From Nemertoderma westbladi (taxonomy: Eukaryota; Animalia; Xenacoelomorpha): a DNA stretch of 43,210 bases. The number at the start of each line of letters is the position of its first letter. Position 1 is the first letter of the stretch. The position numbers and the translations under genes are program-made. Of the stretch, positions 35,301 through 43,210 are shown piece after piece. The stretch covers positions 1 to 43,210 of the forward strand of contig JAUCBJ010004918.1 in the NCBI GenBank assembly GCA_032718475.1, read 5' to 3'. Under the pieces are notes generated by a model. That model saw nothing but the letters and a program-made list of their open reading frames with translations, was not told the origin of the DNA and ran no database searches.

Positions 35301-37772
35301 ATTGAGAAAACCATTAAGTGGTTGGAACAGGACTCAGCAGAACCAGGTAGTTATGAGACCGCTATGTCAGAACAGGAAAAACGGTCTTTAAAGATTATGA
35401 AGGATACCATTCGGCAGACCGCGAATGGCCACTACGAAGTTGGGATGTTGTGGAGCCATGGACAACCTAAGCTCATCAACAACTACCCGCTTGCCTTGAA
35501 ATGACTTAGTCGATACGGCAGCAGTTAATGCGTGATTAGACGGCCCATATACAATACAACGCGCAGCTTCAGACATATCTTCAAAAGGGATACGCGATCA
35601 GGATGACCAACCCTGAGGTAAAACGAACCAAGCATATTACCTGCCACATCATTTCGTACGGCATCCGGACAAACCTGGTAAGGTACGTGTCGTCAATGAC
35701 TGCGCCACTGTTTACCAGGGGATGTCCATAAACAGCGAATTGATGGTTGGGCCAAATATGAACAATTACCTTATGGGAGTCCTGATGCATTTCAGACAAC
35801 GCAAGGTGGTCTTCACCTATGAAGTAGAGGACGTGTTTCACCAGGTTAAGGCTTTGGAGCAGGACAGGGACAGTTTGAGGTTTCTTTGGTACCCAGATGG
35901 AAATTTAAACCTTCCGCCAGAAAATTACCAAATGCAGTAAGAGTTTTTGGGGCCCAACTGCACCATGTATGCCCTAAAGCAGACAGCCTTAGACCAATGC
36001 GACAAGTTTAACCCAGACGTGGTTCGGACAGTGGAGCGGGATTTCAACGTGGATGATGGCCTCAAGAGCTGCGACACTCTGGAGCGCGCTACAACCGTGG
36101 CACACCAACTCCAGGACTGTCTTGCCAAGGGCGGTTTTCACTTTAACAAATTCGCCTCCAATAACTCCGACCTAGTGAATTAATTTGACCCTACTGACAG
36201 TAGTGGGGGTGACCTAGATTTAGACCTAGAACCTCTGCCTACAATCAAAGTCCTAGGACTCAGTTGGGACCCGAACCACGACAACTTTAGGGTGCGCATA
36301 AGAACCATCAACCAGACGAAACCTCTCACCAAGAAGACCTGCTTATCGACCATGAGTCATTTGTATGACCCGCTGTGCTTTATCAGTCCAGCGATCCTGC
36401 ACGCAAGGATCATACTCCGCAACATTTGGCAGGCTGGACTGGAATGGGATGATCCCATCCCGGAAAAGCTAGCCAAGCAATGGAGGGACTGGGAGGCACA
36501 ACTGACGCTTCTACACGACTATACCATCCCGAGGGTATACTTTCACTTACAGGCCACCTTTCCTGCAGATCTGGAACTTCATAGTTTCAGTGACACTAGT
36601 AAGGACGGGCTGGGGGTTACTTTATACCTACGTAGAAAAGTGACATCGGACAGTTACGAGGTATCTATCATCACCTCAAAGGCTAAGACAATGCCTCTGA
36701 AGTATATGACAGGGCCTCGGGGAGAGCTTCAAGCCGGGATGATATCTACCGACATCGTCAATCTAGTCCAATGCAAGCTGGAGGCCAACTTGAAAGTCAC
36801 GTACTGGACCGACGCAAAATTGGTGCTTTGGTAAATCAACAACAAGACGTTTCAGTTCAATACTTTCGTGGCCAACAGATGGGCTGAAATACTAGACAGG
36901 TCGCTCAAACAGGACTGGCGTCACTGCCCAGGGAGATTGAACCCGGCTGACATCGCATCACGGGGAATGTTACCTTATAGACTTTTGTAAACCGGACAAT
37001 AAGTCCTTCTGGTTTAATGGACCCGACTTCCTACAACGACCAGGTTGCGTTCAGAAAATCGTACGCAATGTGCCTCCACATATTACCGACTTCAAGGAAG
37101 TTGATCGCGCCCGACGGATGTGGGAGACGCCAGTTCCATTTCCCAGCGTTCTAGAACCGCAGACAACTCGACACAGGAGCCCGAGCCCAGGTCGACCTCA
37201 GCCACCCCTCAATCATATTAAAGGACGAAGTCAAGCTCGCTCGACAAAACATTGAAGAGCGAGGTTGTGGAGATAGGAAGGCTTGCGAGCCTACCATTAG
37301 CATTAGCACTCAAGAGACGATGTCCAGAGACCAGCAGGACGAACTTTAAGATCGTCAGGAGGACATTTTGTGAATTAATTTAGATCATTATGTTTCATTT
37401 ATATTTGGACTGATTTAATTTAGTAAATTTATTATGTATTATGTATTATTATGTACATTTTAAAATTATTTGCCTTAATTTGTTTATATTTGGATAACCG
37501 ATGGGAGTTTTTATATTTTATGCACCAAGCCTTGATAATATTAGATAGTAAATCCGTATTTTGTATGTATGTATGTATGAAAGTTTTATATTTATGTAAT
37601 ATTTGCAATATCTTATATGCAATGAGACCCAAGCAGTGATTATTTTATATTTTAGGCCCTACCCTAGATTAGATATATTTTAGTTACTATTTTATATTTC
37701 GTTTGGTGAAAACAGTCTTACTTACTGTTTTCATTGAGCAGTGTGGGATTATTTCACTACTAGGTAGCTATT

Positions 37773-38316
37773 TGTAATTGGTACTACGTAAAAACTTTCA
37801 AAATTCCAACGCATTTGCCTTGTTTTATAGTTTGTTACAATTTGCATATTACCTACTCTAGTTATAATTTGGCATGGGTTGCTACTGGTGCAGTGGTCCA
37901 GTAGGTTAAGGCGCAGGTTACATCCTAGGTAGGTCAAGAGTTCGAATCTGGGTCCGTAAAATTTATATTTTGTGCTAATTTATTTTCCGTTTCGTTAAGT
38001 CAGATAAGCCAATGGAGTGCGTACAACACATGGACGGATTAGTTGGGCCAATCGTATGGCGTTTGATAATTTATTGGTCCAATGCGAGGTCATAGAATGT
38101 AGAATGTTCTAGTGGATTCCATGCTTATTTCCTATATAAGGTTCCGTTTGCCCTTTGGTTATCACTTACTTCAACTAGTATTTCTAACTCACTTAGTTAA
38201 CTTGTTTTCTTTGTTAATTTGTAAAGTTTAGTCAAACTCGATAAATCTTTGTCATTTACGTTAAAAATATACTGCAAACTCAGAACATGAAGTTTTTAGC
38301 GTATCTATCTTGAACA
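37773..38316 (+). repeat. 3' LTR of BEL copy B (may extend left to ~37369, after the purine tract aggagga)
   Basis: TGTAA...GAACA termini, TATATAA at 38133, direct repeat of 31827-32369. Confidence 0.8.
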
Positions 38317-38736
38317 GCCAAACGCTTTGAGGAGTGGCTGCCTAAACTTTAGGCCACAGCAACACAAGGGGAAGGGATATCCACGACGCATAAAGGAGCC
38401 CGCACTATTTTCGCCCATGCCTATTTGTAAGCATGACCCGATTGCCTGATTACACCCACACCAGAGGAGGTAAGACTTTGTTCGACGCCTTTACTCGCCG
38501 TAAGTTCCTTAGATCAGGGTGAAGCACAATGCCGTCCTGGGATGCCGTAAAATTTAGGACCAAATATCTCAGATTCTGTCTGGAAAACCCCGGTCAACCT
38601 ATCTCTTACAGGTGCGAGCTGATGCTGTTTGTCAGTACGCGCAAGTACACTAGGTGCAAATAGCACGCTCTATAATTTTATAATTTGGTGATTTGCTGTA
38701 CTAGCAATACCGGTTAGCTCTGTAGGCCTTGCAGTT

Positions 38737-39130
38737 TACTGACCTGTCTGAGTCCAAAGTATTTGTTCAGGCAAGAGGCAGCTTTCTGCTACCGGCACGC
38801 ATTTTGGCTAAGGGAGGTTTACTAACAATCTACCGCGCCCTTGCCACGTGCTGATAGGTATTTACTGCAGACCACCGCGGTAACAAAATTCTAGAATCAA
38901 TTACATACCAGATCAGCTAGACGTACGGTAGTAAATTAACACCCTATTTCCTTATCTCACAATCAGAATCTGGTATCAGTGCCGATCGCGGGCGTAGTTA
39001 CTAACACCGTAATTGCCCGACTGAGTTGTGAATATAGGAGGAGAGAGCCCTTTTGACGTCAGTTTGTAATTATTGCGCCTACAGTGTGCGACTAGCTTAT
39101 TCAAGTAGCTAGTGCCTGGTATTGTTATTT
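38737..39130. repeat. Dispersed repeat, inverted copy of 19850-20248
   Basis: Reverse-complement match to 19850-20248. Confidence 0.88.
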
Positions 39131-39712
39131 TGCTTATTCTGAGGCAAGTCACAAGACTAGCCTCAGTAAACACCCTAGTAGTAATGGTTTACCCTACTTC
39201 GGCGACAGTTTAGTCCTACTTCACACCTTGGGTGTTAAGTAGGTCATTAATTAATTAATCAATTAATTAATTGGTCGATTAAACAATTAATTAATTGTTT
39301 AATCAATCGATTTGTATCAAATAATGTTGCCAAAGGCAATTTAATTTGATACAAATAAATCAGATAGGGACGCGAGATGAATAAATTGTACTATAACAAA
39401 CGAAATATACAATACAATAGGCACTGTGCGGCCCAGTTTGGTCCTAGCTCAGTCCCTCAATAATCTGTGGCTGCTCGGGCTCTTATTAACCGTAGCATGA
39501 CTAACCCAAACATCAATGCGTGAATGGGACCTACGTGAATGGGGCATGCGATAGAGCTTAAATTATTCAAACATATAGCTTCGTTATTACATCAATTCAT
39601 CCAAGAAATTAGAATAAACATCTGGTATGGCAATAGTTTGCATTCTTTCGCATTGTATTGCGAAGCAGTCCACGCGCATATTAGCTCAACAACAAAGCCC
39701 TACCCAAACGCC

Positions 39713-40036
39713 ATGTGTCAAACTAATAAACATTTAGAAGAGAATGATGAAAATAAAGAAGAGATATTGAGACAAATATTAGGAAACAAAAATCAAATAC
39801 GGAAATTTATTAAACAAATGGAAGAAAATGAGGAAAATAGAGAAGAGATATTAAGACAGGTTCTGGGAAATAAAAGTAAATTACTGAAAATGAATGAACA
39901 ATTGAATGAAATTAAGAAACAGTTGGTTAATGAGGAAGATGAAATTAAAGAAAATCAACCAGCTTTTACTTATTTTCGAAGACCTATAACATCAAACTCT
40001 CGTACAGTATTTGCTCGCGCAGGACGACGCTATTGA
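39713..40036 (+). CDS. Putative 107-aa coiled-coil protein with a duplicated 28-aa unit
   Basis: gccATG start context; EENDENKEEILRQILGNK and EENEENREEILRQVLGNK lie 84 bp apart (39737, 39821) and differ mostly by synonymous or conservative changes. Confidence 0.5.
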   Translation: MCQTNKHLEENDENKEEILRQILGNKNQIRKFIKQMEENEENREEILRQVLGNKSKLLKMNEQLNEIKKQLVNEEDEIKENQPAFTYFRRPITSNSRTVFARAGRRY

Positions 40037-40063
40037 CATTTGTTTGTTTGAGTTCCTTTCATA

Positions 40064-40190
40064 ATAGTATTAGGACTATTTATCCATAACATTTATATTA
40101 GTATTAGGATTATTTATCCCTAATTATTATATTAGTATTATAAATGTATTTGCCAACAATATTTATTACTATTAGGTCTATTTATTCAAG
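40064..40190. repeat. Degenerate ~33-bp AT-rich tandem repeat, ~4 units
   Basis: tagtattagga.tatttatcc.taa..tt.tat recurs. Confidence 0.65.
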
Positions 40191-40408
40191 AAATTATATG
40201 TTTTTATAATATATTTTGGAAAATTAGTCGACTAAGTCATAATTTTTAAAACTTTAAATAAGGGTGGAGTTATTTTATAAAGTTAAGAAGAGTGAATCAA
40301 TGGAGGCAACATGAAGTCTAATCTCTTGACATTTACTCGTAAGACCGCACATTAACTCCCAAGGTTGCATACTATCACTATAGCTGGGAGAGTCAAAGCT
40401 AGTATACA

Positions 40409-43210
40409 GAAGTGAGGGAAGTGAGGGAAGTGAGGGAAGTGAGGGAGTGAGTGAGGGAAGTGAGGGAGTGAGTGAGGGAGTGAGGGAAGTGAGGGAAGTG
40501 AGGGAAGTGAGGGAAGTGAGGGAAGTGAGGGAAGTGAGGGAAATGAGGGAAGTGAGGGAAGTGAGGGAAGTGAGGGAAGTGAGGGAAGTGAGGGAGTGAG
40601 TGAGGGAGTGAGGGAAGTGAGGGAAGTGAGGGAGTGAGTGAGGGAGTGAGGGAGTGAGTGAGTGAGGGAGTGAGTGAGGGAAGTGAGGGAAGTGAGGGAG
40701 TGAGTGAGGGAAGTGAGGGAAGTGAGGGAAGTGAGGGAGTGAGTGAGGGAGTGAGGGAGTGAGTGAGGGAGTGAGTGAGGGAAGTGAGGGAAGTGAGGGA
40801 GTGAGTGAGGGAAGTGAGGGAAGTGAGGGAAGTGAGGGAGTGAGTGAGGGAGTGAGGGAGTGAGTGAGGGAGTGAGTGAGGGAAGTGAGGGAAGTGAGGG
40901 AAGTGAGGGAAGTGAGGGAAATGAGGGAAGTGAGGGAAGTGAGGGAAGTGAGGGAGTGAGTGAGGGAAGTGAGGGAAGTGAGGGAAGTGAGGGAGTGAGT
41001 GAGGGAAGTGAGGGAGTGAGTGAGGGAGTGAGTGAGGGAAGTGAGGGAAGTGAGGGAAATGAGGGAAGTGAGGGAAGTGAGGGAGTGAGTGAGGGAAGTG
41101 AGGGAAGTGAGGGAAGTGAGGGAAGTGAGGGAAATGAGGGAAGTGAGGGAAGTGAGGGAAGTGAGGGAAGTGAGGGAAGTGAGGGAGTGAGTGAGGGAAG
41201 TGAGGGAGTGAGTGAGGGAAGTGAGGGAAGTGAGGGAAGTGAGGGAAGTGAGGGAAGTGAGGGAAGTGAGGGAGTGAGTGAGGGAAGTGAGGGAGTGAGT
41301 GAGGGAAGTGAGGGAAGTGAGGGAAGTGAGGGAGTGAGTGAGGGAAGTGAGGGAGTGAGTGAGGGAAGTGAGGGAAGTGAGGGAAGTGAGGGAAATAAGG
41401 GAAATGAGGGAAGTGAGGGAAGTGAGGGAAGTGAGGGAAGTGAGGGAAGTGAGGGAAGTGAGGGAAGTGAGGGAGTGAGTGAGGGAGTGAGTGAGGGAAG
41501 TGAGGGAGTGAGTGAGGGAAGTGAGGGAGTGAGTGAGGGAAGTGAGGGAAGTGAGTGAGGGAAGTGAGGGAAGTGAGGGAGTGAGTGAGGGAAGTGAGGG
41601 AGTGAGTGAGGGAAGTGAGGGAAGTGAGGGAAGTGAGGGAAGTGAGGGAATGAGGGAAGTGAGGGAAGTGAGGGAAGTGAGGGAAGTGAGGGAAGTGAGG
41701 GAAGTGAGGGAAGTGAGGGAGAGAGTGAGGGAGTGAGTGAGGGAAGTGAGGGAAGTGAGGGAAGTGAGGGAGTGAGTGAGGGAAGTGAGGGAAGTGAGGG
41801 AAGTGAGGGAAGTGAGGGAGTGAGTGAGGGAAGTGAGGGAGTGAGTGAGGGAAGTGAGGGAAGTGAGGGAAGTGAGGGAGTGAGTGAGGGAAGTGAGGGA
41901 GTGAGTGAGGGAAGTGAGGGAAGTGAGGGAAGTGAGGGAATGAGGGAAGTGAGGGAAGTGAGGGAAGTGAGGGAAGTGAGGGAGTGAGTGAGGGAAGTGA
42001 GGGAGTGAGTGAGGGAGTGAGTGAGGGAAGTGAGGGAAGTGAGTGAGGGAAGTGAGGGAAGTGAGGGAAGTGAGGGAAGTGAGGGAGTGAGTGAGGGAAG
42101 TGAGGGAGTGAGTGAGGGAGTGAGTGAGGGAAGTGAGGGAAGTGAGGGAGTGAGTGAGGGAAGTGAGGGAAGTGAGGGAAGTGAGGGAAGTGAGGGAGTG
42201 AGTGAGGGAAGTGAGGGAGTGAGTGAGGGAAGTGAGGGAAGTGAGGGAAGTGAGGGAAGTGAGGGAAGTGAGGGAAGTGAGGGAAGTGAGGGAGTGAGTG
42301 AGGGAAGTGAGGGAGTGAGTGAGGGAAGTGAGGGAAGTGAGGGAAGTGAGGGAAGTGAGGGAAGTGAGGGAAGTGAGGGAAGTGAGGGAAGTGAGGGAAG
42401 TGAGGGAAGTGAGGGAAGTGAGGGAGTGAGTGAGGGAAGTGAGGGAGTGAGTGAGGGAGTGAGTGAGGGAAGTGAGGGAAGTGAGGGAAGTGAGGGAATG
42501 AGGGAAGTGAGGGAAGTGAGGGAGTGAGTGAGGGAAGTGAGGGAAGTGAGGGAAGTGAGGGAAGTGAGGGAGTGAGTGAGGGAAGTGAGGGAAGTGAGGG
42601 AAGTGAGGGAAGTGAGGGAGTGAGTGAGGGAAGTGAGGGAAGTGAGGGAAGTGAGGGAAGTGAGGGAAGTGAGGGAAGTGAGGGAAGTGAGGGAGTGAGT
42701 GAGGGAGTGAGTGAGGGAAGTGAGGGAAGTGAGGGAAGTGAGGGAAGTGAGGGAAGTGAGGGAAGTGAGGGAAGTGAGGGAGTGAGGGAAGTGAGGGAAG
42801 TGAGGGAGTGAGTGAGGGAAGTGAGGGAAGTGAGGGAAGTGAGGGAAGTGAGGGAAGTGAGGGAAGTGAGGGAAGTGAGGGAGTGAGTGAGGGAAGTGAG
42901 GGAAGTGAGGGAAGTGAGGGAGTGAGGGAGTGAGGGAAGTGAGGGAAGTGAGGGAAGTGAGGGAAGTGAGGGAAGTGAGGGAAGTGAGGGAAGTGAGGGA
43001 AGTGAGGGAAGTGAGGGAAGTGAGGGAAGTGAGGGAAGTGAGGGAAGTGAGGGAAGTGAGGGAAGTGAGGGAGGGAAGTGAGGGAAGTGAGAGGGAAGTG
43101 AGGGAAGTGAGGGAAGTGAGGGAGGGAAGTGAGGGAAGTGAGGGAGTGAGTGAGGGAAGTGAGGGAAGTGAGGGAAGTGAGGGAGTGAGTGAGGGAAGTG
43201 AGGGAAGTGA
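40409..43210 (+). repeat. Irregular G-rich tandem array of GAGGGAAGT, GAGGGAGT and GAGT units running to the window end; candidate telomere or satellite
   Basis: About 2.8 kb with no C on the + strand, abrupt start after agtataca, aperiodic mix of 9-, 8- and 4-nt units. Confidence 0.95.

Larger units (their letters stand above)
31827..38316 (+). mobile_element. Decayed, internally deleted BEL/Pao LTR retrotransposon, copy B
   Basis: gag coiled-coil region and knuckles; ILDSASSHSY; FNVDDGL; LYDPLCFISP; ELHSFSDTS; YWTD; FVANR..WRHCPGRLNPADIASRG..FWFNGPDFL. It then jumps at ~37043 to ORF3, so integrase is deleted. Flanked by direct repeats. Confidence 0.93.

Noticed and set aside
40860-42811. 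Long (SEG)n and (REV)n ORFs
   Set aside because: Artefacts of 9- and 12-nt repeat units lacking stops in two frames; 8-nt units break the frame and the starts are GTG.

Overview
AT-rich, transposon-dense eukaryotic DNA, probably from an invertebrate animal (inferred from a GT-AG intron, TATA/Inr promoter, tetraspanin, BEL/Pao, RTE, CRE and Kolobok-type elements and a Deu/Nin-type SINE). It ends in a ~2.8 kb irregular, C-free (GAAGTGAGG)n array that may be a non-canonical telomere. Host-like genes: an apparently intact two-exon gene for a small secreted 8-Cys peptide (10.7-11.8 kb), a disrupted intronless tetraspanin (17.0-17.8 kb) and a short coiled-coil ORF just before the terminal array. 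The centre holds two decayed, head-to-head copies of one BEL/Pao LTR retrotransposon family. This family has three unusual traits: an extra non-env ORF after integrase, a tRNA-like A/B-box cassette inside the LTR, and a 20-nt hairpin repeated ten times in the sense strand regardless of reading frame. All calls are by eye from motifs; no database searches were run.
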